Shown here: positions 53,002 to 64,000 of the stretch, in pieces
Numbering within the stretch: the first letter of the stretch is position 1
How the letters are laid out: every line of letters starts with the position of its first letter
Assembly: GCF_006345805.1 (NCBI RefSeq)
Contig: NC_043006.1
Span: 95,790,001-95,854,000, forward strand
Reading direction: 5' to 3'
Source of the DNA: Octopus sinensis
Taxonomy: Eukaryota
Length of the DNA stretch: 64,000 nucleotides
Made by a program: the position numbers and the translations under genes
The notes under the pieces: model-generated
Told to the model about the DNA's origin: nothing
Databases searched by the model: none
The model's input: the letters and a program-made list of their open reading frames with translations, nothing else

Positions 53002-54322
53002 TATGTTTCTTTATTAGCCACACAGGGCTGCACACAGATAGAACAAATTACAAGGTAGAGCTTTTCTTTTGGGGTAAAAAAAAGTGGGGGGGGTTGGTTT
53101 TCGATCAAAAGGGATCGTAAAAGGAAAGAAAGAGGACAAAAAAGGGGGGGAGGAAAAAATTGATCAATAGGGATCGTTATCACAAAAATGTCAATATGAA
53201 GTGTAAAGGGGAGGACAGGTTAGGTTTACCCATGGAAAGAAAAGCCTACGGAAAAGACCACAGTAACCTCGGTCAATGAAGTCACATTTTATATTTCTTT
53301 TTTTTTTTTGCAAATAAGCAACTCTCTGTATCAATTTTTACGGTTCATAGAATCATAGTCAAGGTGGCTTCGTCATTCATACGTGCCATCCTTGCTACAT
53401 TCACCCATCTTTTTTTAAAACATTCACTAGACAAAACTTGCCTCTCTACTCTCACTTTCCTCTTCAAGTGATACATGAAGAAGTTGATGAGAGATTGACC
53501 AGAGAGGAAAGTGTTTGTCTCTAATCCTTTCAGGCGCGTCCACCAGATACATTCTTTCGCCATAGCCACAAGTATGATAAAAATAGCTCTTCCTTCCCGT
53601 TTGAAGGAAGGAGGCGTGACAATATTAACGATAGACTCGGCTGATAAACCGACACGTCCCACACGTGACAGCAGTCGTTCGACATAAGCCCACAGGTCGG
53701 AGATTGTTGGACACTGCACGATTGCGTGCAGAGCGGTTTCGTCGCTCTGTCCGCATCTCGGGCAGGTCGGCCCCGTGTTTCTCAAGCCATGCCTATAGAG
53801 CTTATCCCGAACGGGTAGCGCTTCTCGGTAGCACCACCAGGCAAGGGATCTCTGGAAGTTGTCCATAGGTCCCGACCCGAAAGCCGTTTCAAACAGGCGG
53901 GTCAGGTATTCCTCGTCGACGCCCAGGTTTGCCCCAAGATCGTCGTCGTACCTCCCCTCCACTAATTCCCTATAGAATGCAAGCCCAGTCCTCCTTTTAA
54001 CGGGTGTTGACAGCAAATGGATCGCCTGACCATCGGGACGCATCCTTTCCACAAGAAGCGAAGAGAATGCGTTCTAGTTTGGTGATGGTAGGGTCGGGAC
54101 AAGGTACGACGGTCAGGCGGTAGCAGATGATGGACGCGATGTACGTGTTCGCCACCTCCGTCCGACCTTTTAGGGACAGTTTCCTCTCGGCCCATTGCCG
54201 GGCGAGAGTGACCACCCTACTCGTTATCTCGTTCCAGTTCTTCTCCATTTGGAGGTCCGGACTGAACCAGACCCCGAGCAACTCAACCGGGCCGTCTGTC
54301 CAGCGTCCCACGACGGAGGTAC
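53002..54322 (-). mobile_element. Second Tx1-like LINE copy (RT thumb + zf-RVT-like finger), internally deleted, in (TATC)n
   Basis: ELLGVWF, KLSLKGR.EVANTY, FLWKG...PLKGGLG, then a jump to FYRELV...LPVRDKL...CPRCGQSDETALHAIVQC. Confidence 0.92.
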
Positions 54323-54326
54323 AGAC

Positions 54327-54410
<84 letters not shown>

Positions 54411-54969
54411 TGATAGATAGATAGATATAGTTCTACCATACTAGCCAATCAGAAGGGAATGCAGTATTTTCACAAAAAAGTCACATATTTCATACAAATC
54501 AGAAAAATTGTACGCACTACTTACACGTAGGAGCAGATTATTTAAGTCCTCACACAGATAGATATTTTGAAAACAAGTTGACGATTTCTCAGACACCATA
54601 CTAACCGTTAACTCGTATAATCCTGTCCACAAATTGGATCTTGTTTTTTTTTTGTGATATAACACAGAACTGAGCGCCTTGTATAAAAGAATACACGTTT
54701 TCTGTTGTGTATGTATATGCGTGTGGGTGAATCCCTGTTGGATATAATCCCATTTCATTCCTCTTTTCACCAATACACTTTCTCTCCTACCAAGTGGCAT
54801 AATCAGATTTTGATAGTATTCGCATTAAAAACAGTAATATATTTAAACTTTTCTATAAAAGCACTCCCGTAATTACATATATAATATGCATGTATACACA
54901 CCTGTATCTTTAAATAGATAGATAGGTAGGTAGGTAGATAGATAGGAGGTTGGGAGGTAGGTAGGTAAG

Positions 54970-55000
<31 letters not shown>

Positions 55001-55179
55001 GTAGGTAGGTAGGTAATGGAAATTATACAGATATATACAGTTTTATATATAAGCATATTTAGAAGCGCCAAATTCATTAGTATTTTAGAGAAAATGAAGT
55101 TTCGAACAGAAGATAGTTACGAAAACAGCCTACATTTCAATAACTAACTCTATAAGGGCGGAAAATAAAATTACCCACA

Positions 55180-55255
55180 GTTTTCTACAAAGAATCGAAC
55201 GCTGTACCTCTTAGACACTGGCCGAGTACTCTGTATCATCACGCTAAGTAGCCCC
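55180..55255 (-). other. tRNA-like relic (SINE head or pseudo-tRNA) between ~80-bp diverged direct repeats
   Basis: Minus strand ggggctacttagcgtgatga...gttcgattc; repeats at ~55058-55137 and ~55329-55408. Confidence 0.35.
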
Positions 55256-55485
55256 TGAAGTTAACGATCGTGTACTTTAGGGCTAATTAACAGATATTTG
55301 AAATGTGAGAATATCTTTTATAAACAGACTTAGAAGCGTCTATGTGTTGGCCATTTACAGAAAATAAAATGAATTTCGAACGGAGATACCTATGAAAACA
55401 GCCCCACAAAACGTGGATTAGTACAAAAGACGCAAATATGTTGCCAGTTTTCGGTTACCCTTATGCATATATATTGATGCTTTCC

Positions 55486-55810
55486 TGCGCAGGAGTAGCT
55501 GTATGGTAAGACGTTTGTTTTCTTATCACAACATTTTGAGTTCAAACCACTATAGCCCCGGGCAGAACAAAACCTTATGAATGGATCTGGTAGACGGAAT
55601 CTGAATGAATATTTGTGTGCGTGTCTTTGTGTCTATGATTGTCCCCATCAACACCTGACCACCGATGTTAGTGTGTATGCATCCCAGTCACTTTGTGGCT
55701 CGGCAAAACAGACCGATACAGTATCAGGCTTCAAAAGTATAAAATAAATCTTGGGGAGTCGATTAGTTTGACTAAAATTCTGGAAGGTAGTGCATGGCCG
55801 CAGTCTTGAA
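55486..55810 (+). mobile_element. Degenerate CORE-like SINE
   Basis: gcgcaggagtagctgtatggtaag head; ggcaaaacagaccgata; gcatggccgcagtc tail. Confidence 0.8.
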
Positions 55811-55848
55811 GCACGTAGAGGATGATAGACTGATTGACAGATAGATAT

Positions 55849-55925
<77 letters not shown>

Positions 55926-55939
55926 CAGATAGATAGATA

Positions 55940-56092
55940 GATATGTTACTTTATTAGCCACACAGGGCTGCACACAGACAGAACAACTTACAAGGTAGAG
56001 CTTTTCTTTTGGGGGTAAAAAAAGGGGGTTGGTTTTCGATCAAAAGGGATCGTAAAAGGAAAGAAAGAGGACAAAAAAAGGGGAGGATTAAA
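55940..56092 (-). mobile_element. Third Tx1-like copy, 3' UTR only
   Basis: Matches 53002-53150; same 3' junction into (TATC)n. Confidence 0.88.
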
Positions 56093-56551
56093 AAAAAGAA
56101 AGATGTTGATGATGATGTTGATGACAGTGTTCGTTTTGATGGTTGTGGTGGTGGCGGTGGTGGTGTTGATGTGCATGGTTGTAGCAGGAGCGGGCGGGGA
56201 GGGAGTGCTTCTGGTGCTATCAGAAACTGGTGTGCTTTGATGTGCAATGTTCGAAAGCAAGATAGATAGACGTGTATATATATGGTGGTTGTCTACTCCT
56301 TAAGCAGAATCTGACCATCACGTGTACCTACTCCTTAGAACCATCATGGCATCTAATGAGGCTTTTTAAACTAGACAATAGTTCGAAAAGTTTGCAAAGA
56401 CACACACATAGTTTCTATATCCTATATATATCATTAATTAAAATCTTAGGGTAGCAAGAATATTTATAGAAAAGTTCTTAGTCACCAGTAGTCTAGCGAG
56501 AAAGAAAAAATTAGTCAAAAGACTATATATTATTCAAAGAAGAATACAGTG

Positions 56552-56791
56552 TACGTTCAAACAAAAGAGATACCCGAAGAATAGGATATCTGACTCGCTA
56601 GAAAGAGCAGTTAAAACTTCAAGCCACCAATTGTTGTAATTCCAAAAGTGATTGAAAAATAAGGTATTAAGGTAAAAGTTTTTATTTTCCAATCACTTTC
56701 GGAATTACAACAATTGGTGGCTTGGAGTTTTAACTGCTCTTTCTAGCGAGTCAGATATCCTATTCTTCGGGTATCTCTTTTGTGTTTGAAC

Positions 56792-56794
<3 letters not shown>
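56552..56794. repeat. ~110-bp-arm near-perfect palindrome next to (TA)n
   Basis: 56552-56662 is the reverse complement of 56682-56794; 19-nt spacer. Confidence 0.95.
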
Positions 56795-56879
<85 letters not shown>

Positions 56880-57399
56880 CATACACACACATACATTATA
56901 TGTTATATATATAAATATATACAATAGTTTTATTTTTTGCTTGCTGTTAATTCCGTGTAGTTTCACCCTTTTTCATGTATGTGTGTGTCCGTATGTGTGC
57001 GTGTGTTTGCTTCTGAGAATGTCTGTTCCATTATGTTATTTTGTTTCTCATTCTTCCCTTTCCTTTCAAAAGCTTTTTTCTTCGCTATTTTTGCCAAGTA
57101 AGTCCTAATTAATTACATAACAGTGTTCTCTGCAAAATATAAATAATATAAACAAAGAAACATTTTTTTCAAAAGCGTTGTTTTTGGAAAACGAAAACAA
57201 AACACAATTCTTTTTTTTTTTATTTTGTTCTGTCATTACGAAATATTTTATTAACCGGAAACATAATTACGTCATGCAACGCACCATTACGTCATAGACC
57301 TGAAAATATGACACTGCGTCTCGCAGTAAACATAACTAACTTCAATAAATGATTGTTATAATGGTGTTATCTAAGTTTTCCTTTTTTATTTTTCGCATG

Positions 57400-57625
57400 C
57401 TTTTTACTTGCTTAAGTCTTTAAACTGCGGCCATACTGGGGCATCGCATCGTAGAATTTTTTTCAGTCGAATGAACGAATGAATGGACTCCAGTGCTTAT
57501 TTTTTAAAGATTATTCTATCGATCTGTTTTACGGAACAGCTACGTTACGGGGACGTAAATATACTTACTCCGGTTGTCAAGCGTTAGTGGAGGACAAACA
57601 CAGAAAGACACGCATACGCACACAT

Positions 57626-57658
<33 letters not shown>

Positions 57659-57760
57659 CGCAACAACAGGCTTCTTTCTGTTTCCACCTCCCAAAGGCGT
57701 TGGTCAGCCAAAGGTGCCACACAATGGCACTGAACTCGGGACGATGTAGTCCAAAATTAT
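57400..57760 (-). mobile_element. CORE-like SINE (degenerate)
   Basis: ctgcggccatactgggg...gttacggggacgtaaa...ggttgtcaagcg...aaggtgccacac. Confidence 0.8.
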
Positions 57761-57789
57761 TCATGTATGTTATTGTTTAACTTTGTTGA

Positions 57790-58330
57790 AAGTGGCACCA
57801 CGTTGACCCCTTGCCTGTTTAGTCAAAGGATTCGAGTGACGCTGGGGGGATTTCTTTAAATCGAACAAATCGATCTCATAATCTATTGTTTGGGGAAATT
57901 TAGTATGTATTCGATTGGTCTTTTTTATTCGAAACACTAATATACAAGAGATGTAAACAAACCAGCACCGTTTATCAAGTTGTGACAGGAGGAGAGCAGC
58001 ACAGACACAGCAAAGATACACACGCACTTATACATACATACATGCATACATACATACATACATACATACATACATACATACATACACACATGCATACATA
58101 TAATACATACACACATACACACATACATACATACATACATGTATGCATGCATCCATTCATTCATGTATGTATGTCTGTACATGAATGGCTCACACAGTTG
58201 TTGTGCATCAAATTAACTCAAAAAGCAGTGATCGGTCCGAGGCTATACGAGAAAGTACCTGTCCGAAGTGCTGCAATTTTTGACTGGATCTGAAACTATA
58301 ATGTTGCAAAGAGTCCTTCTTAACCACACA
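57790..58330 (-). mobile_element. Highly diverged CORE-like SINE with expanded (TACA)n
   Basis: tcgaacaaatcgatc...gtaaacaaaccagcacc...ggtccgaggctata...cttaaccacacag. Confidence 0.6.
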
Positions 58331-60807
58331 GATGGGCAAGCAACTTTTCGAAGGCGACGCCTTATGAAGCGAAATACGAAAGAAAAGTGGTTAACAAGAA
58401 AGAAGAATGCGCAAATGCAATATGGCCGACTGAAGAAAAATAGATAGAGTTTGTCCTGTGTCTTAGATTCATGTGGAACGTAATCAGTTAACTCTGGAGA
58501 GTTATGAGAAAACATAGTAGCGGTCGAAAACGAGGAAGTTAAATTTAAAGCAAATTAAAATCTGAGTGATTTGCTGTCAGGCAGGCAAGGAAATTTGTAT
58601 CCTATGATGTATATGAGATATTTTAGCACAGCTGCTTCACGCTGTGTCTTTGGCGTCACTGACACGACCTCTGACATTTCTATGCAACCGAAATTTTTGT
58701 TGTTGTTTTTTCACAGTCTAACAACATCTGTGTAAGTGAAAGCTTCGATAAATTTAATATTTTCATAACTAGAACGGCAATATCCGTTTGAAGTAGTAAA
58801 CTGAATTGAATCAAAATACACCAATCAAAAGTGTTCGGCCGAATTTTACCAGTCTTTACTGAGAATTACATACTAGTAGGCATGTATGAAGTTTGTCTTT
58901 GGGGGATAAATGCAGTGGCTTTGGCGTTTGGTTATTGGCAGGGTAAATGCAGATCTTTGAATTGAGGGGAAAATTCGAGTCGGATGTTTGCAGCTTGATA
59001 GAAGGAATTAGAAAAACACACCCTGAATCAACACCAGAATTTTATGAATGTATTCTGAGCAGAATACTTGAAGATGTCAATAAGAAATTTATGACTGAAA
59101 AATCTGAAATGACGAAATGGAAGGACTGAGGTGGACAGATAACATTTTCGTGTGAGTTATTTTTGTGGTATGGGGAGTGGGAGAGATCGAAGTAAACAAT
59201 GATAGACAAACACATAAGACAAGTAGTTGCATAGACATAGACGATAAACTGGTAGATCGAGATAGGAAGACAACTAGGATAATAGTTCTGTATAATGTTT
59301 GGAGTAGAAAAAAAGCCCTGATCGGCAAGCAACTTTAGATCTGAAAAGCAAGCTACTGAACAAACATTGTGTTTGTCAAAGGGAAACGGACAACACAAAA
59401 AGGTTTACAAATAGAAAACTTAAATGAACCAATGCATAAACAAAGCGAGAATATCATGACAACAACAAACAACGGCGATAGAATCATCCACAAAGAAATG
59501 GAATAAAAACGTTAACCACAAATAAACAGCATGGAAACCATACAAAACACTTTACAAAATACAACAAAACCAGACATTGAAATATTTGCAGAATACTAAC
59601 CAACAAAGGTCTAAATAAAACAACACAAAGAAATACATACAAAAATATCATGGAATTCATGAAAGATGTAAAAATAGAATATTCTGAATATAAAAATTAT
59701 AAACATGGCAGCAATCGAAAGATGGTTATAATTTAAAAAAGAAGAAAAAAACTAGAATTGACGTAATATTAGTTATTGCCTGGTGTAATAAATGCCTACT
59801 AAGGAAAAAGAATTTCTCTGTGAAGTATCAATCAAAATAAAAAGGATATATAGATCTGATCGTCGCAAATTTAATCATGACCATTGCAGACAAATACTTC
59901 TGAAATATAACGAGTAATATACCACTCCCCACACCAAAAGAAATAATAAATAAACAATGAATGCTTGCAGCATGTGATGTTCTGTATGTCGTAATGAAAT
60001 CGTCATAAATAAAATACATCTCTTCACTGAACAAAAGAGAGCAGTTTGACTGTAAAAGAATATGATTTTAATAAAGAGCTAGAAACATATAAATCATTGC
60101 AGAAACAGTAACAGGAGAAGTAGAAAAAATTGAAGAGTCGAGTGGACTGAGTGGAAACTGCTAGAGAAGATGTGGCTCACAATGTAGCCCTTCGTCAGTA
60201 GTCGAAGGTCCTCACGGCTGAAGATGTAATCTTATTGCTACACAAAACTATCCACTGGAAGCGAAAGCAAGAAATGATAACACCTCACGGCTTTCCTTGA
60301 AATGTTTTACAATAAAATCTAGGAAATATTGAATTCGATTCTGAGAGTCGGAAACGAAAACTGATTGACTAATTTATGACAAATATTTTTTAAACCCATT
60401 ACTCTTACGAAAAAAATAACCTTATAACTTACAAACAGCTAGCCTTCTTTCCAACTGCTTACGAATGTAATGATGTATTACTCATAAAGATATAGCTAAA
60501 AATTGCAGAAGGAAGAAGAATGGTCCGACCTTGGCATGGATTAACTTTCCGAAAGCCGTTTGCATTTTTTTAATACACAAATACACCAAAGGTATTACTT
60601 ATGAGTAAAACAGACAATAAGCGAATAACAAAAAGAATAATAAAACTGCTTGGACCAACTGTCTAGAGGGAATACCCAGTACCTAGTCCTTTGTGTTTGA
60701 TTTGATATCTTTAAAATGCATGGTAAACCAGAAAAGTCACTCATGTAAATATGATTGCAGGGCTATCAGCAATTTTGTTATTTATAGACGGATTCATGTT
60801 GTATGTA

Positions 60808-61113
60808 TTGTTTTGTTTGTTCCTTCTCGGGCCATGCCTGACTCATAAGAGCCGGTTTCTCGGTTCCCTTGGCGTATAGGTTCCCCACCTGGACGGGACG
60901 CTAGTCCGTCGCAGATGAGCTGCAAGATGCAGGAGAAAGAGTGAAAGAAAGTTGTGGCGAAAGAGTTAGCAAAAGTTCGCCATTACCTTCTGTCGGAGCC
61001 GTGTGGAGCTTAGGCGTTTCGCTCATAAACACACACATCGCCCGGTCTGAGATTCGAATCCGTGATCTCTCGACCGCGAGTCCGCTGCCCTAACCAATAG
61101 GCCATGTGCCTCC
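60808..61113 (-). mobile_element. V-domain-like tRNA-derived SINE
   Basis: Minus head ggaggcacatggcctattggttagggc...ggattcgaatctc; tgcgacggactagcgtcccgtccagg resembles the V-SINE core; (AAAC)-type tail. Confidence 0.8.
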
Positions 61114-61114
61114 A

Positions 61115-61340
61115 TGTTGGTTTCAAATTTTGGTACAAGGCCAAAAATTTTGAGAAAGGAATTAAGTGGATTCCATTGATCCCAGTGCTCAACTGGGTTA
61201 TATTTTATCGAGCATCCCGAAGGATGAAAAGTAAAGCTGCACCGGCGACATTTGAAATCAGAACACAAAGGCGGGTGATAGGTCGTTAGGCGTTTTACCC
61301 GGAAAGAATAGTTTCGGACGATTATTTCAATTTCGCTGCC
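61115..61340 (-). mobile_element. Degenerate Meta-like SINE
   Basis: cccagtgctcaactgg...ttatcga...aaggatgaaaagtaaag. Confidence 0.7.
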
Positions 61341-61809
61341 TTACGTTATAAGTATATTAAAGATGTGAAATAATTAGAAAATATGTTACAGAGGATTCAC
61401 GGATGTATTAGAGCAACTGATATGAAATTATGATTAGAAAAGTAACCTGAGGAGAGAAAAATTAAGAATGCTAACGTCACAATAGACAAAGAAACACAGA
61501 TGAGAGAATTCACCGAATACAAATTCTAGTAAATCAATGCTATCATCTATTCAAAAGACCAGATTAGCAAAAATATTATAGTTGTTTTAGGTTAGACCTG
61601 AAATATTAGTATGTGTACAACAATATTCTAGTTGTGCCAGTAATAAAAATAGCTATAATATACGCAAGTAGATGCTAAATGAATTAACCACAAAAACCAC
61701 AGAGAGAGATTAATAAAAGAAATGCATAATTATAACACAGCGAAATATCTAACATAGAAATGTTATATTTATCACGGCTAATATTGACTATTAATGACTA
61801 ATATTGACT

Positions 61810-62013
61810 AAATTTGGTCAAGGCAAATCCAAATAACATTTATTTAATTAAAATTCGAATTTCGCTTGCAGTGAAAAGCATCCTTGCCAAATTTCAGTTT
61901 AAATAAATACTAGCCCTTGAGCCAAAGTTTGCATCTGTTCACTGCATGCGTAATTCAAATTTTTGATTAATTAAAATTTTCATAGTTGTCGACCAATTGC
62001 GTTGACCATATTT
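61810..62013. mobile_element. Imperfect inverted-repeat element (MITE-like)
   Basis: Outer aaatttggtcaaggcaa / ttgcgttgaccatattt and inner aattaaaattcgaatttcgcttgcagtgaa / ttcactgcatgcgtaattcaaatttttgatt. Confidence 0.55.
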
Positions 62014-62199
62014 GATTAGGATATGGCATTCACCCAGAGTTTCTTTCACTTCACTGCAAAGGTAATTTTAATCAGTCAAATGTTGTTTTTACGCACGGTG
62101 TTTAATATATTAATACTCGATGTATTAAAAAGTTATTGGTGTCCAAAGGAAAATTGCTTCAGATAATCTATTATACGAGTTCTTTTTTTTTATTTTACT

Positions 62200-62312
62200 T
62201 CCTGGCAGAATCGCCAACATGACGGCCAAAGGGTTTTGCGTCATTTCATCTGTCTTTACGTTCTGAGTTCATATACCTCCGAGGCCGACTTTGAATTTTA
62301 TCCTTTCGAGGT
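62200..62312 (+). mobile_element. Meta-like SINE 5' part
   Basis: ctggcagaatcg...gttctgagttca...ccgaggccgactttg...atcctttcgagg. Confidence 0.7.
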
Positions 62313-62400
62313 AATCCAATTTTTGGTAGTATTACATATCCATTATCCGCTTTGGAGGATCCAGAGCCGACTCCAAAAACGGATGTGGCTTTGTGTGCTT

Positions 62401-62730
62401 TGTCAGAAACATAGCAAAAGCAAAGATCCATAGAAGGGAAGACAGAGGAAAAAAAATTGCCAACGGTACACATATAGGCACAATTAGTGACTATATATAT
62501 ATATATATATAATTAATCCAAACATGAAAACACAAAGAGAAAACACAGCAACGCAAGGACATGGAACAAGTATAGTATTATTGGACGCCCAGGAAGAAGG
62601 GAAGAAGGAGGATTTAATGTTTTGAGAGGAGATCTTCGTCAGAAACATAGCAAAAGGAAAGATCCAAAGAAGGGAAGACGAAGGAAAAAAATCGCCAACG
62701 GTACACATACAGTCACAATTAGTGACTATA
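62401..62730 (-). mobile_element. Partial tandem ~238-bp pLTR-like repeat with (TA)n spacer
   Basis: 62401-62495 repeats 62638-62730; minus strand tttCTGACGAagatctcctctcAAAAc is a decayed hammerhead-like core. Confidence 0.55.
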
Positions 62731-62780
62731 TATATATATACGTGTGTGTATGTACGTATGTATGTATGTATGTATGTATG

Positions 62781-62812
<32 letters not shown>

Positions 62813-63128
62813 CATGCATGTATGTATGTATGTATGTATGTATGTATGTATGTATGTATGTATATATGTGTGCATGTATGTATGTATATGTACGTATATA
62901 TATATACGGAGATGTACTTCCATAGGCAGTGACTTGATCTGAGATCGTGTGCTGCAACGAAAATAATTGCACCGTGAGATGCAGCAAGATGTTTTGTCAG
63001 TGAACAGGTCGCGGTCTCAAAGCGACGAAAATATTTCGACAGATTAAACTTAAATGTTGAAGTGAATCTAACAGTCTTGTGTGTTTCTTAAAGGGCTTAT
63101 AAACACCTTCCCCGCTGCAATTGTATAT

Positions 63129-63184
<56 letters not shown>

Positions 63185-63213
63185 ATATGTGTGTGTGTGT
63201 GCGTGTGTGTGTC

Positions 63214-63253
<40 letters not shown>

Positions 63254-63659
63254 CAAAATAAGCAGCAAGAAAGACTCCGGTAATTTAGTAAGTTCGTTTC
63301 GTACTACATCATTTTATTAAATGTAAATATTACAACAGTTTTAAAATGTTGAGCACTCATCAGCCAATTATAGAGGTTTTCCATTAATACAAAAATTTTC
63401 ATATCCAGTGGCAACATTTTAGAGAAGGTAGATACAAAGACAAAGATGTGGATTTAAATTTTAAGAACATTTGAGGTATTGGAGCCCATCAACTGACTGA
63501 CTAAGATTCAGTTGTTCCAGACTACTGTAAGGTTCTGAGAGGGAAGAACAACTGAAAAGAGACAATAAAGATTTTCTAATTGCAGAAATGGGGTAAAGGG
63601 GATGTTATAGCTCCATATAAGGAATTTATGTAGAAGACAGCATTGTCACAACTAAATGC

Positions 63660-64000
63660 CAATTACTACTATTTGATGAACAGATTCAGCGTTAGGAGAA
63701 TTACAAGGTGGTCTATATAGGTTATGATGCTTTGTTTATTGTATCTAGCAACAATAATTCAAGTATTGAGAGGATGAAAAAGAAAATTAGTAAATTTTTC
63801 AAAGATTTTAACCAAGACATTACCTATGAACCTAACATCAAAATAGTTAATTTCCTAGATGTTACCTTAGACTTAAATTCAAAGCTACATTACCCATTTA
63901 GAATGGAGGGCGAGTTACCAGATATGTAAGTAAGTCATCGAATCACCCCCCGGATATACTAAAATCATTAGTTAAAAATATTTCTCAAAGAATTTTAAAA
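63660..64000 (+). pseudogene. Penelope-like element reverse transcriptase fragment (runs off window)
   Basis: GGLYR.(D)DAL, frameshifted; KKKISKFFKDFN.DIT...VNFLDVTLDL...YPFR...SSNHPPDILKSL. Confidence 0.85.

Noticed and set aside
58947-60150. A-rich stretch with a short ORF and a CSVC...HLF motif suggesting an old L1/Tx1 remnant
   Set aside because: Too degenerate to assign by eye; needs tBLASTx or HMM confirmation
55180-61113. Functional tRNA genes at SINE heads
   Set aside because: A/B-box-like motifs are present but acceptor and anticodon stems do not close, and sequences continue into SINE bodies
63335-63368. Minus-strand CTGATGA near the PLE RT fragment
   Set aside because: No GAAA in register and no stem I partner

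Overview
This is AT-rich, microsatellite-saturated eukaryotic DNA with no confidently identifiable host gene. Its repeat content resembles octopod cephalopod genomes (inference from repeat families, not a database match). Nearly all ORFs in the track are translations of (TA)n, (CA)n, (TAA)n, (CAT)n, (TATC)n or (CTT)n tracts. Real content includes three tRNA-derived SINE types (CORE-, Meta- and V-domain-like) and R4/Dong-type RLE LINEs in (TAA)n, one of them 3.4 kb. It also includes Tx1-like LINE pieces in (TATC)n, a CR1-like 3' end, Penelope-like RT and GIY-YIG remnants, two mariner remnants, two tandem non-autonomous Helitrons and MITEs. The most notable feature is a ~488-bp x2.85 tandem array (34195-35580) in (TA)n. 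Each unit carries an intact type I hammerhead ribozyme and folds extensively with G-U pairs on the + strand, making it a candidate retrozyme/circular-RNA system. A second, unrelated hammerhead lies at 51065-51139, and several decayed ones occur elsewhere. Boundaries of decayed repeats are approximate.
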